From assembly GCA_964016885.1 (NCBI GenBank), contig OZ024752.1:18352001-18416000 (forward strand): a DNA stretch of 64,000 nucleotides, written 5' to 3'. A model generated the notes under the pieces. That model was given only the letters and a program-made list of their open reading frames with translations, searched no databases and was not told where the DNA came from. Position 1 is the first letter of the stretch. Every line of letters starts with the position of its first letter. This stretch comes from Eledone cirrhosa (lineage: Eukaryota). The translations under genes and the position numbers were made by a program. This document shows, in pieces, positions 1-15,000 of the stretch.

Positions 1-3000
1 TCACAACATATTGCAAAGATAGCCATAGTTAGTTGTATCACAACATATAGCAAAGATAGCTGTGGTTTGCTGTATCACAACATATAACAAAGATAGTCAT
101 AGTTAGTTGTATCACAACATATAACAAAGATAGCCATAGTTAGCTGTATCACAACATATAACAAAGATAGCCATAGTTAGCTGTATCACAACATATAGCA
201 AAGATAGATGTGGTTTGCTGTATCACAACATATAACAAAGATAGTCATAGTTAGCTGTATCACAACATATAACAAAGATAGCTGTGGTTAGCTGTATCAC
301 AACATATCACAAAGATAGCCATAGTTAGCTGTATCACAACATTTAACAAAGATAGCCATCGTTAGCTGTATCACAACATTTAACAAAGATAGCCATCGTT
401 AGCTGTATCACAACATATAGGAAAGATAGCTGTGGTTTGCTGTATCACAACATATTGCAAAGATAACCATAGGTAACTGTATCACAACATATAACAAAGA
501 TAGCTGTGGTTTGCTGTATCACAACATATAGGAAAGATAGCTGTGGTTTGCTGTATCACAACATATTGCAAAGATAGCCATTGTTAGCTGTATCACAACA
601 TATAACAAAGATAGCCATAGTTAGCTGTATCACAACATATAACAAAGATAGCCATAGTTAGCTGTATCACAACATATAACAAAGATAGCCATAGTTAGCT
701 GTATCACAACATATAACAAAGATAGCCATCGTTAGCTGTATCACAACATATAACAAAGATAGCTGTGGTTAGCTGTATCACAACATATAACAAAGATAGC
801 TGTGGTTAGCTGTATCACAACATATAGCAAAGATAGCCATAGTTAGCTGTATCACAACATATAACAAAGATAGCTGTGGTTTGCTGTATCACAACATATA
901 GCAAAGATAGCCATAGTTAGCTGTATCACAACATATAACAAAGATAGCCATAGTTAGCTGTATCACAACATATAACAAAGATAGCCATAGTTAGCTCTAT
1001 CACAACATATAGCAAAGATAGCTGTCGTTTGCTGTATCACAACATATAGCAAAGATAGCCATAGTTAGCTGTCTCACAACATATAGCAAAGATAACCATA
1101 GTTAGCTGTATCACAACATATAACAAAGATAGCCATAGTTAGCTCTATCACAACATATAGCAAAGATAGCTGTGGTTTGCTGTATCACAACATATAACAA
1201 AGATAGCCATAGTTAGCTGTATCACAACATATAACAAAGATAGCTGTGATTAGCTGTATCACAACATATAGCAAAGATAGCTGTGGTTTGCTGTATCACA
1301 ACATATAACAAAGATAGCCGTGGTTAGCTGTATCACAACATATACCAAAGTTAGCCATTGTTAGCTGTATCACAACATATAACAAAGATAGCCATAGTTA
1401 GCTGTATCACAACATATAGCAAAGATAGCCGTAGTTAGCTGTATCACAACATATAACAAAGATAGCTGTGGTTAGATGTATCACAACATATAGCAAAGAT
1501 AGCTGTGGTTTGCTGTATCACAACATATAACAAAGATAGCCGTGGTTAGCTGTATCACAACATATAACAAAGATAGCCATTGTTAGCTGTATCACAACAT
1601 ATAACAAAGATAGCTGTGGTTTGCTGTATCACAACATATAGCAGAGATAGCTGTGGTTAGCTGTATCACAACATATAACAAAGATAGCTGTGGTTAGCTG
1701 TATCACAACATATAGCAAAGATAGCCATAGTTAGCTGTATCACAACATATAACAAAGATAGCCATAGTTAGCTGTATCACAACATATAACAAAGATAGCC
1801 ATAGTTAGATGTATCACAACGTATAACAAAGATAGCTGTGGTTAGCTCTATCACAACCTATAACACTGATAGCTGGGGTTAGCTGTATCACAACATATAG
1901 CAAAGATAGCCATAGTTAGCTGTATCACAACATATAGCAAGTATAGCCATAGTTAGCTGTATCACAACATATAGCCAAGATAGCTGTGGTTAGCTGCATC
2001 ACAACATATAGCAACGATAGCTGTGGTTTGCTGTATCACAACATATAACAGAGATAGCTGTGGTTAGCTGTATCACAACATATAACAAAGATAGCTGTGG
2101 TTAGCTGTATCACAACATATAGCAAAGATAGCCATAGTTAGCTGTATCACAACATATTGCAAAGATAGCCATAGTTAGTTGTATCACAACATATAACAAA
2201 GATAGCCAGAGTTAGCTGTATCACAACATATAACAAAGATAGCCATAGTTAGCTGTATCACAACATATAACAAAGATAGCTGTGGTTAGCTGTATCACAA
2301 TATATCACAAAGATAGCCATAGTTAGCTGTATCACAACATTTAACAAAGATAGCCATCGTTAGCTGTATCACAACATTTAACAAAGATAGCCATCGTTAG
2401 CTGTATCACAACATATAACAAAGATAGCTGTGGTTAGCTGTATCACCACCTATAACAAAGATAGCTGTGGTTAGCTGTATCACAACATATAACAAAGATA
2501 GCCATAGTTAGCTGTATCACAACATATGACAAAGATAGCTGTGGTTTGCTGTATCACAACATATAACAAAGATAGCCATAGTTAGCTGTATCACAACATA
2601 TAGCAAGGATAACCATAGTTAGCTGTATCACAACATATAACAAAGATAGCTGTGGTTAACTGTATCACAACATATAACAAAGATAGCCATAGTTAGCTGT
2701 ATCACAACATATAACAAAGATAGCTGTGGTTTGCTGTATCACAACATATAACAAAGATAGCCATAGTTAGCTGTATCACAACATATAACAAAGATAGCTG
2801 TGGTTAGCTGTATCACAACATATAGCAAGGATAGCCATAGTTAGCTGTATCACAACATATAGCAAAGATAGCCGTAGTTAGCTGTATCACAACATATAAC
2901 AAAGATAGCCGTAGTTAGCTGTATCACAACATATAGCAAAGATAGCTGTGGTTAGCTGTATCACAACATATAACAAAGATAGCCGTAGTTAGCTGTATCA

Positions 3001-6000
3001 CAACATATAGCAAAGATAGCCGTAGTTAGCTGTATCACAACATATAGCAAAGATAGCTGTGGTTAGCTGTATCACGACATATAGCAAAGATAGCCGTAGT
3101 TAGCTGTATCACAACATATAGCAAGGATAGCTGTGGTTAGCTGTATCACAACATATAGCAAAGATAGCTGTGGTTAGCTGTATCACAACATATATCAAGG
3201 ATAGCCATAGTTAGCTGTATCACAACATATAACAAAGATAGCTGTGGTTAGCTGTATCACGACATATAGCAAAGATAGCCGTAGTTAGCTGTATCACAAC
3301 ATATAGCAAGGATAGCCATAGTTAGCTGTATCACAACATATAGCAAGGATAGCCATAGTTAGCTGTATCACAACATATAACAGAGATAGCTGTGGTTAGC
3401 TGTATCACAACATATAACAAAGATAGCTGTGGTTAGCTGTATCACAACATATAGCAAAGATAGCCATAGTTAGCTGTATCACAACATATAACAAAGATAG
3501 TCATAGTTAGCTGTATCACAACATATAGCAAAGATAGCCGTAGTTAGCTGTATCACAACATATAGCAAAGATAGCCATAGTTAGCTGTATCACAACATAT
3601 AGCAAAGATAGCTGTGGTTAGCTGTATCACAACATATAACAAAGATAGCTGTGGTTAGCTGTATCACAACATATAACAAAGATAGCCGTAGTTAGCTGTA
3701 TCACAACATATAGCAAAGATAGCCATAGTTAGCTGTATCACAACATATAGCAAAGATAGCTGTGGTTAGCTGTATCACAACATATAACAAAGATAGCCGT
3801 GGTTAGCTGTATCACAACATATAGCAAAGATAGCTGTGGTTAGCTGTATCACAACATATAACAAAGATAGCTGTGGTTTGCTGTATCACAAAATATAGCA
3901 AAGATAGCCATAGTTAGCTGTATCACAACATATAGCAAAGATAGCTGTGGTTAGCTGTATCACAACATATAACAAAGATAGCTGTTGTTAGCTGTATCAC
4001 AACATATAACAAAGATAGCTGTTGTAAGCTGTTTCACAACATATAACAAAGATAGCTGTTGTTAGCTGTATCACAACATATAACAAAGATAGCCATAGTT
4101 AGCTGTATCACAACATATAGCAGAGATAGCTGTGGTTAGCTGTATCACAACATATAACAAAGATAGCTGTGGTTAGCTGTATCACAACATATAGCAAAGA
4201 TAGCCATAGTTAGCTGTATCACAACATATAACAAAGATAGCCATAGTTAGCTGTATCACAACATATAACAAAGATAGCTGTGGTTAGCTGTATCACAACC
4301 TATAACACTGATAGCTGGGGTTAGCTGTATCACAACATATAGCAAAGATAGCCATAGTTAGCTGTATCACAACATATAGCAACTATAGCCATAGTTAGCT
4401 GTATCACAACATATAGCAAAGATAGCTGTGGTTAGCTGTATCACAACATATAACAACGATAGCTGTGGTTTGCTGTATCACAACATATAACAAAGATAGC
4501 CATAGTTAGCTGTATCACAACATATAGCAACGATAGCTGTGGTTTGCTGTATCACAACATATAACAGAGATAGCTGTGGTTAGCTGTATCACAACATATA
4601 ACAAAGATAGCTGTGGTTAGCTGTATCACAACATATAGCAAAGATAGCCATAGTTAGCTGTATCACAACATATTGCAAAGATAGCCATAGTTAGTTGTAT
4701 CACAACATATAGCAAAGATAGCTGTGGTTTGCTGTATCACAACATATAACAAAGATAGTCATAGTTAGTTGTATCACAACATATAACAAAGATAGCCATA
4801 GTTAGCTGTATCACAACATATAACAAAGATAGCCATAGTTAGCTGTATCACAACATATAGCAAAGATAGATGTGGTTTGCTGTATCACAACATATAACAA
4901 AGATAGTCATAGTTAGCTGTATCACAACATATAACAAAGATAGCTGTGGTTAGCTGTATCACAACATATCACAAAGATAGCCATAGTTAGCTGTATCACA
5001 ACATTTAACAAAGATAGCCATCGTTAGCTGTATCACAACATTTAACAAAGATAGCCATCGTTAGCTGTATCACAACATATAGGAAAGATAGCTGTGGTTT
5101 GCTGTATCACAACATATTGCAAAGATAACCATAGGTAACTGTATCACAACATATAACAAAGATAGCTGTGGTTTGCTGTATCACAACATATAGGAAAGAT
5201 AGCTGTGGTTTGCTGTATCACAACATATTGCAAAGATAGCCATTGTTAGCTGTATCACAACATATAACAAAGATAGCCATAGTTAGCTGTATCACAACAT
5301 ATAACAAAGATAGCCATAGTTAGCTGTATCACAACATATAACAAAGATAGCCATAGTTAGCTGTATCACAACATATAACAAAGATAGCCATCGTTAGCTG
5401 TATCACAACATATAACAAAGATAGCTGTGGTTAGCTGTATCACAACATATAACAAAGATAGCTGTGGTTAGCTGTATCACAACATATAGCAAAGATAGCC
5501 ATAGTTAGCTGTATCACAACATATAACAAAGATAGCTGTGGTTTGCTGTATCACAACATATAGCAAAGATAGCCATAGTTAGCTGTATCACAACATATAA
5601 CAAAGATAGCCATAGTTAGCTGTATCACAACATATAACAAAGATAGCCATAGTTAGCTCTATCACAACATATAGCAAAGATAGCTGTCGTTTGCTGTATC
5701 ACAACATATAGCAAAGATAGCCATAGTTAGCTGTCTCACAACATATAGCAAAGATAACCATAGTTAGCTGTATCACAACATATAACAAAGATAGCCATAG
5801 TTAGCTCTATCACAACATATAGCAAAGATAGCTGTGGTTTGCTGTATCACAACATATAACAAAGATAGCCATAGTTAGCTGTATCACAACATATAACAAA
5901 GATAGCTGTGATTAGCTGTATCACAACATATAGCAAAGATAGCTGTGGTTTGCTGTATCACAACATATAACAAAGATAGCCGTGGTTAGCTGTATCACAA

Positions 6001-9000
6001 CATATACCAAAGTTAGCCATTGTTAGCTGTATCACAACATATAACAAAGATAGCCATAGTTAGCTGTATCACAACATATAGCAAAGATAGCCGTAGTTAG
6101 CTGTATCACAACATATAACAAAGATAGCTGTGGTTAGATGTATCACAACATATAGCAAAGATAGCTGTGGTTTGCTGTATCACAACATATAACAAAGATA
6201 GCCGTGGTTAGCTGTATCACAACATATAACAAAGATAGCCATTGTTAGATGTATCACAACATATAACAAAGATAGCTGTGGTTTGCTGTATCACAACATA
6301 TAGCAAAGATAGCCATAGTTAGCTGTATCACAACATATAACAAAGATAGCCATAGTTAGCTGTATCACAACATATAACAAAGATAGCCATAGTTAGCTCT
6401 ATCACAACATATAGCAAAGATAGCTGTGGTTTGCTGTATCACAACATATAACAAAGATAGCCATAGTTAGCTGTATCACAACATATAACAAAGGTAGCTG
6501 TGGTTAGCTGTATCACAACATATAGCAAAGATAGCCATAGTTAGCTGTATCACAACATATAACAAAGATTGCTGTGGTTAGCTGTATCACAACATATAAG
6601 AAAGATAGCTGTGGTTAGCTGTATCACAACATATAACAACGATAGCTGTGGTTAGCTGTATCACAACATATAGCAAAGATAGCCATAGTTAGCTGAATCA
6701 CAACATATAAGAAAGATAGCCATAGTTAGCTGTATCACAACATATAGCAAAGATAGCCATAGTTAACTGCATCACAACATATAACAAAAATAGCTGTGGT
6801 TAGCTGTATCACAACATATAGCGAGGATAGCCATAGTTAGCTGTATCACAACATATAACAAAGATAGCTGTGGTTTGCTGTATCACAACATATAGCAAAG
6901 ATAGCCATAGTTAGCTGTATCACAACATATAACAAAGATAGCTGTGGTTTGCTGTATCACAACATATAGCAAAGATAGCCATAGTTAGCTGTATCACAAC
7001 ATATAACAAAGATAGCCATAGTTAGCTGTATCACAACATATAACAAAGATAGCCATAGTTAGCTCTATCACAACATATAGCAAAGATAGCTGTGGTTTGC
7101 TGTATCACAACATATAACAAAGATAGCCATAGTTAGCTGTATCACAACATATAACAAAGATAGCTGTGGTTAGCTGTATCACAACATATAGCAAAGATAG
7201 CCATAGTTAGCTGTATCACAACATATAACAAAGATAGCCATAGTTAGCTCTATCACAACATATAGCAAAGATAGCTGTGGTTTGCTGTATCACAACATAT
7301 AACAAAGATAGCCATAGTTAGCTGTATCACAACATATAACAAAGATAGCTGTGGTTAGCTGTATCACAACATATAGCAAAGATAGCCATAGTTAGCTGTA
7401 TCACAACATATAACAAAGATAGCCATAGTTAGCTCTATCACAACATATAGCAAAGATAGCTGTGGTTTGCTGTATCACAACATATAACAAAGATAGCCAT
7501 AGTTAGCTGTATCACAACATATAACAAAGATAGCTGTGGTTAGCTGTATCACAACATATAGCTAGCAAAGATAGCTGTGGTTTGCTGTATCACAACATAT
7601 AACAAAGATAGCCGTGGTTAGCTGTATCACAACATATACCAAAGATAGCCATTGTTAGCTGTATCACAACATATAACAAAGATAGCCATAGTTAGCTGTA
7701 TCACTACATATAGCAAAGATAGCCGTAGTTAGCTGTATCACAACATATAGCAAAGATAGCCGTAGTTAGCTGTATCACAACATATAGCAAAGATAGCTGT
7801 GGTTTGCTGTATCACAACATATAACAAAGATAGCCGTGGTTAGCTGTATCACAACATATAACAAAGATAGCCATTGTTAGCTGTATCACAACATATAACA
7901 AAGATAGCTGTGGTTTGCTGTATCACAACATATAACAAAGATAGCCATTGTTAGCTGTATCACAACATATAGCAAAGATAGCTGTGGTTTGCTGTATCAC
8001 AACATATAACAAAGATAGCCGTGGTTAGCTGTATCACAACATATAACAAAGATAGCCATTGTTAGCTGTATCACAACATATAACAAAGATAGCCGTGGTT
8101 AGCTGTATCACAACATATAGCGAGGATAGCCATAGTTAGCTGTATCACAACATATAACAAAGATAGCTGTCGTTAGCTGTATCACAACATATAACAACGA
8201 TAGCTGTGGTTTGCTGTATCACAACATATAGCAAAGATAGCCATAGTTAGCTGTATCACAACATATAACAAAGATTGCTGTGGTTAGCTGTATCACAACA
8301 TATAACAAAGAGAGCTGTGGTTAGCTGTATCACAACATATAGCAAAGATAGCCATAGTTAGCTGAATCACAACATATAACAAAGATAGCCATAGTTAGCT
8401 GTATCACAACATATAAGAAAGATAGCCATAGTTAGCTGTATCACAACATATAGCAAAGAGAGCCATAGTTAACTGCATCACAACATATAACAAAAATAGC
8501 CATAGTTAGCTGTATCACAACATATAACAAAGATAGCCATAGTTAGCTGTATCACAACATATAACAAAGATAGCCATAGTTAGATGTATCACAACATATA
8601 GCAAAGATAGCTGTGGTTAGCTCTCTCTCAACATATTACAAAGATAGCTGTGGTTAGCTGTATCACAACATATAGCAAGGATAGCCATAGTTAACTGTAT
8701 CACAACATATAACAAAGATGGCTGTGGTTAGCTGTATCACAACATATAACAAAGATAGCTGTGGTTAGCTGTATCACAACATATAACAAAGATAGCTGTG
8801 GTTAGCTGTATCACAACATATAACAAAGATAGCTGTGGTTAGCTGTATCACAACATATAGCAAAGATAGTCATAGTTAGCTGTATCACAACATATAACAA
8901 AGATAGCCATAGTTAGCTGTATCACAACATATAACAAAGATAGCTGTGGTTAACTGTATCACAACATATAGCAAAGATAGCCATAGTTAGCTGTATCACA

Positions 9001-12000
9001 ACATATAACAAAGATAGCTGTAGTTAGCTGTATCACAACATATAGCAATGATAGCCATAGTTAGCTGTATCACAACATATAACAAAGATTGCTGTGGTTA
9101 GCTGTATCACAACATATAACAAAGATAGCCATAGTGAGCTGAATCACAACATATAGCAAAGATAGCCATAGTGAGCTGCATCACAACATATAACAAAGAT
9201 AGCTGTGGTTTGTTGTATCACAACATATAGCAAAGATAGCCATAGTTAGCTGTATCACAACATATAACAAAGATAGCCGAAGTTAGCTGTATCACAATAT
9301 ATAACAAAGATAGCCATAGTTAGCTGTATCACAACATATAACAAAGATAGCCATAGTTAGCTGTATCACAACATATAGCAAAGATAGCTGTGGTTAGCTG
9401 TATCACAACATATAACAAAGATAGCCGTAGTTAGCTATATCACAACATATAGCAAAGATAGCTGTGGTTAGCTGTATCACAACAGATAGCAAAGATAGCT
9501 GTGGTTTGCTGTATCACAACAGATAGCAAAGATAGATGTGGTTAGCTGTATCACAACATATAACAAAGTTAGCCGTAATAGCTGTATCACAACATATAGC
9601 AAAGATAGCTGAGGTTAGCTGTATCACAACATATAGCAAGGATAGCCATAGTTAGCTGTATCACAACATATAACAAAGATAGCCATAGTTAGCTGTATCA
9701 CAACATATAACAAAGATAGCTGTGGTTTGCTGTATCACAACATATAACAAAGATAGCTGTGGTTTGCTGTATCACAACATATAGCAAGGATTGCCATAGT
9801 TAGCTGTATCACAACATATAGCAAGGATAGCCATAGTTAGCTGTATCACAACATATAACAAAGATAGCCATAGTTAGCTGTATCACAACATATAACAAAG
9901 ATAGCCATAGTTAGCTGTATCACAACATATAACAAAGATAGCCATAGTTAGCTGTATCACAACATATAACAAAGATAGCTGTGGTTTGCTGTATCACAAC
10001 ATATAGCAAAGATAGCTGTGGTTAGCTGTATCACAACATATAACAAAGATTGCCATAGATAGCTGTATCACACATATAGCAGAGAGAGCTGTGGTTAGCT
10101 GTATCACAACATATAGCAAGGATAGACATAGTTAGCTGTATCACAACATATAGCAAGTATAGCCATAGTTAGCTGTATCACAACATATAACAAAGATAGC
10201 CATAGTTAGCTGTATCACAACATATAACAAAGATAGTCATAGTTAGCTGTATCACAACATATAGCAAAGATAGCCGTAGTTAGCTGTATCACAACATATA
10301 ACAAAGATAGCTGTAGTTAGCTGTATCACAACATATAACAAAGATAGCCGTAGTTAGCTGTATCACAACATATAGCAAAGATAGCTGTGGTTAGCTGTAT
10401 CACAACATATAACAAAGATAGCCGTGGTTAGCTGTATCACAACATATACCAAGGATAGCTGTGGTTAGCTGTATCACAACATATAACAAAGATAGCCATA
10501 GTTAGCTGTATCACAACATATAACAAAGATAGTCATAGTTAGCTGTATCACAACATATAGCAAAGATAGCCGTAGTTAGCTGTATCACAACATATAGCAA
10601 AGATAGCTGTGGTTAGCTGTATCACAACATATAACAAAGATAGCCGTGGTTAGCTGTATCACAACATATAGCAAAGATAGCTGTGGTTAGCTGTATCACA
10701 ACATATAGCAAAGATAGCCGTAGTTAGCTGTATCACAACATATAGCAAGGATAGCCATAGTTAGCTGTATCACAACATATAACAAAGATAGCTGTGGTTA
10801 GCTGTATCACGACATATAGCAAAGATAGCCGTAGTTAGCTGTATCACAACATATAGCAAGGATAGCCATAGTTAGCTGTATCACAACATATAGCAAGGAT
10901 AGCCATAGTTAGCTGTATCACAACATATAACAAAGATAGCCATAGTTAGCTGTATCACAACATATAGCAAAGATAGCTGTGGTTAGCTGTATCACAACAT
11001 ATAGCAAAGATAGCTGTGGTTAGCTGTATCACAACATATAGCAAAGATAGCTGTGGTTTGCTGTATCACAACATATAGCAAAGATAGCTGTGGTTAGCTG
11101 TATCACAACAGATAGCAAAGATAGCCATTGTTAGCTGTATCACAACATATAACAAAGATAGCCATAGTTAGCTGTATCACAACATAAAGCAAAGAGAGCT
11201 GTGGTTAGCTGTATCACAACATACAGCAAAGATAGCTGTGGTTTGCTGTATCACAACAGATAGCAAAGATAGCCATTGTTAGCTGTATCACAACATATAA
11301 CAAAGATAGCCATAGTTAGCTGTATCACAACATATAGCAAAGATAGCTGTCGTTAGCTGTATCACAACATATAGCAAAGATAGCTGTGGTTTACTGTATC
11401 ACAACATATAGGAAAGATAGCTGTGGTTTGCTGTATCACAACATATTGCAAAGATAGCCATAGTTAGCTGTATCACAACATATAACAAAGATAGCTGTGG
11501 TTTGCTGTATCACAACATATAGGAAAGATAGCTGTGGTTTGCTGTATCACAACATATTGCAAAGATAGCCATAGTTAGCTGTATCACAACATATAGCAAA
11601 GATAGCCATAGTTAGCTGTATCACAACATATAACAAAGATAGATGTGGTTTGCTGTATCACAACATATAGGAAAGATAGCTCTGGTTTGCTGTATCACAA
11701 CATATTGCAAAGATAACCATAGGTAACTGTATCACAACATATAACAAAGATAGCTGTGGTTTGCTGTATCACAACATATAGGAAAGATAGCTGTGGTTTG
11801 CTGTATCACAACATATTGCAAAGATAGCCATAGTTAGCTGTATCACAACATATAGCAAAGATAGCCATAGTTAGCTGTATCACAACATATAACAAAGATA
11901 GCTGTGGTTAGCTGTATCACAACATATAGCAAAGATAGCCATAGTTAGCTGTATCACAACATATAACAAAGATAGCTGTGGTTTGCTGTATCACAACATA

Positions 12001-15000
12001 TAGCCAAGATAGCCATAGTTAGCTGTATCACAACATATAACAAAGATAGCTGTGGTTTGCTGTATCACAACATATAGCAAAGATAGCCATAGTTAGCTGT
12101 ATCACAACATATAACAAAGATAGCCATTGTTAGCTGTATCACAACATATAACAAAGATAGCCATAGTTAGCTCTATCACAACATATAGCAAAGATAGCTG
12201 TCGTTTGCTGTATCACAACATATAACAAAGATAGCAATAGTTAGCTGTCTCACAACATATAGCAAAGATAGCCATAGTTAGCTGTATCACAACATATAAC
12301 AAAGATAGCCATAGTTAGCTCTATCACAACATATAGCAAAGATAGCTGTGGTTTGCTGTATCACAACATATAACAAAGATAGCCGTGGTTAGCTGTATCA
12401 CAACATATACCAAAGTTAGCCATTGTTAGCTGTATCACAACATATAACAAAGATAGCCATAGTTAGCTGTATCACAACATATAACAAAGATAGCTGTGGT
12501 TAGCTGTATCACAACATATAGCAAAGATAGCTGTGGTTTGCTGTATCACAACATATAACAAAGATAGCCGTGGTTAGCTGTATCACAACATATACCAAAG
12601 TTAGCTGTGGTTTGCTGTATCACAACATATAACAAAGATAGCCGTGGTTAGCTGTATCACAACATATAACAAAGATAGCCATTGTTAGCTGTATCACAAC
12701 ATATAACAAAGATAGCTGTGGTTTGCTGTATCACGACATATAACAAAGATAGCCGTGGTTAGCTGTATCACAACATATAACAACGATAGCTGTGGTTTGC
12801 TGTATCACAACATATAACAAAGATAGCCGTGGTTAGCTGTATCACAACATATAACAAAGATAGCCATTGTTAGCTGTATCACAACATATAACAAAGATAG
12901 CCGTGGTTAGCTGTATCACAACATATAGCGAGGATAGCCATAGTTAGCTGTATCACAACATATAACAAAGATAGCTGTGGTTTGCTGTATCACAAAATAT
13001 AGCAAAGATAGCTGTGGTTAGCTGTATCACAACATATAACAACGATAGCTGTGGTTTGCTGTATCACAACATATAGCAAAGATAGCCATAGTTAGCTGTA
13101 TCACAACATATAACAAAGATTGCTGTGGTTAGCTGTATCACAACATATAACAAAGATAGCTGTGGTTAGCTGTATCACAACATATAACAACGATAGCTGT
13201 GGTTTGCTGTATCACAACATATAGCAAAGATAGCCATAGTTAGCTGTATCACAACATATAACAAAGATTGCTGTGGTTAGCTGTATCACAACATATAACA
13301 AAGATAGCTGTGGTTAGCTGTATCACAACATATAACAACGATAGCTGTGGTTAGCTGTATCACAACATATAGCAAAGATAGCCATAGTTAGCTGAATCAC
13401 AACATATAACAAAGATTGCCATAGTTAGCTGTATCACAACATATAAGAAAGATAGCCATAGTTAGCTGTATCACAACATATCGCAAAGATAGCCATAGTT
13501 AACTGCATCACAACATATAACAAAAATAGCTGTGGTTAGCTGTATTACGACATATAGCGAGGATAGCCATAGTTAGCTGTATCACAACATATAACAAAGA
13601 TAGCTGTGGTTTGCTGTATCACAACATATAGCAAAGATAGCCATAGTTAGCTGTATCACAACATATAACAAAGATAGCTGTGGTTTGCTGTATCACAGCA
13701 TATAGCAAATATAGCCATAGTTAGCTGTATCACAACATATAACAAAGATAGCCATAGTTAGCTGTATCACAACATATAACAAAGATAGCCATAGTTAGCT
13801 CTATCACAACATATAGCAAAGATAGCTGTGGTTTGCTGTATCACAACATATAACAAAGATAGCCATAGTTAGCTGTCTCACAACATATAGCAAAGATAGC
13901 CATAGTTAGCTGTATCACAACATATAACAAAGATAGCCATAGTTAGCTCTATCACAACATATAGCAAAGATAGCTGTGGTTTGCTGTATCACAACATATA
14001 ACAAAGATAGCCATAGTTAGCTGTATCACAACATATAACAAAGATAGCTGTGGTTAGCTGTATCACAACATATAGCAAAGATAGCTGTGGTTTGCTGTAT
14101 CACAACATATAACAAAGATAGCCGTGGTTAGCTGTATCACAACATATACCAAAGATAGCCATTGTTAGCTGTATCACAACATATAACAAAGATAGCCATA
14201 GTTAGCTGTATCACAACATATAGCAAAGATAGCCGTAGTTAGCTGTATCACAACATATAGCAAAGATAGCCGTAGTTAGCTGTATCACAACATATAACAA
14301 AGATAGCTGTGGTTAGCTGTATCACAACATATAGCAAAGATAGCTGTGGTTTGCTGTATCACAACATATAACAAAGATAGCCGTGGTTAGCTGTATCACA
14401 ACATATGACAAAGATAGCCATTGTTAGCTGTATCACAACATATAACAAAGATAGCTGTGGTTTGCTGTATCACAACATATAACAAAGATAGCCGTGGTTA
14501 GCTGTATCACAACATATAACAAAGATAGCCATTGTTAGCTGTATCACAACATATAACAAAGATAGCCGTGGTTAGCTGTATCACAACATATAACAAAGAT
14601 AGCCATTGTTAGCTGTATCACAACATATAACAAAGATAGCCGTGGTTAGCTGTATCACAACATATAGCGAGGATAGCCATAGTTAGCTGTATCACAACAT
14701 ATAACAAAGATAGCTGTCGTTAGCTGTATCACAACATATAACAACGATAGCTGTGGTTTGCTGTATCACAACATATAGCAAAGATAGCCATAGTTAGCTG
14801 TATCACAACATATAACAAAGATTGCTGTGGTTAGCTGTATCACAACATATAACAAAGATAGCTGTGGTTAGCTGTATCACAACATATAACAACGATAGCT
14901 GTGGTTAGCTGTATCACAATATATAGCAAAGATAGCCATAGTTAGCTGAATCACAACATATAAGAAAGATAGCCATAGTTAGCTGTATCACAACATATAA

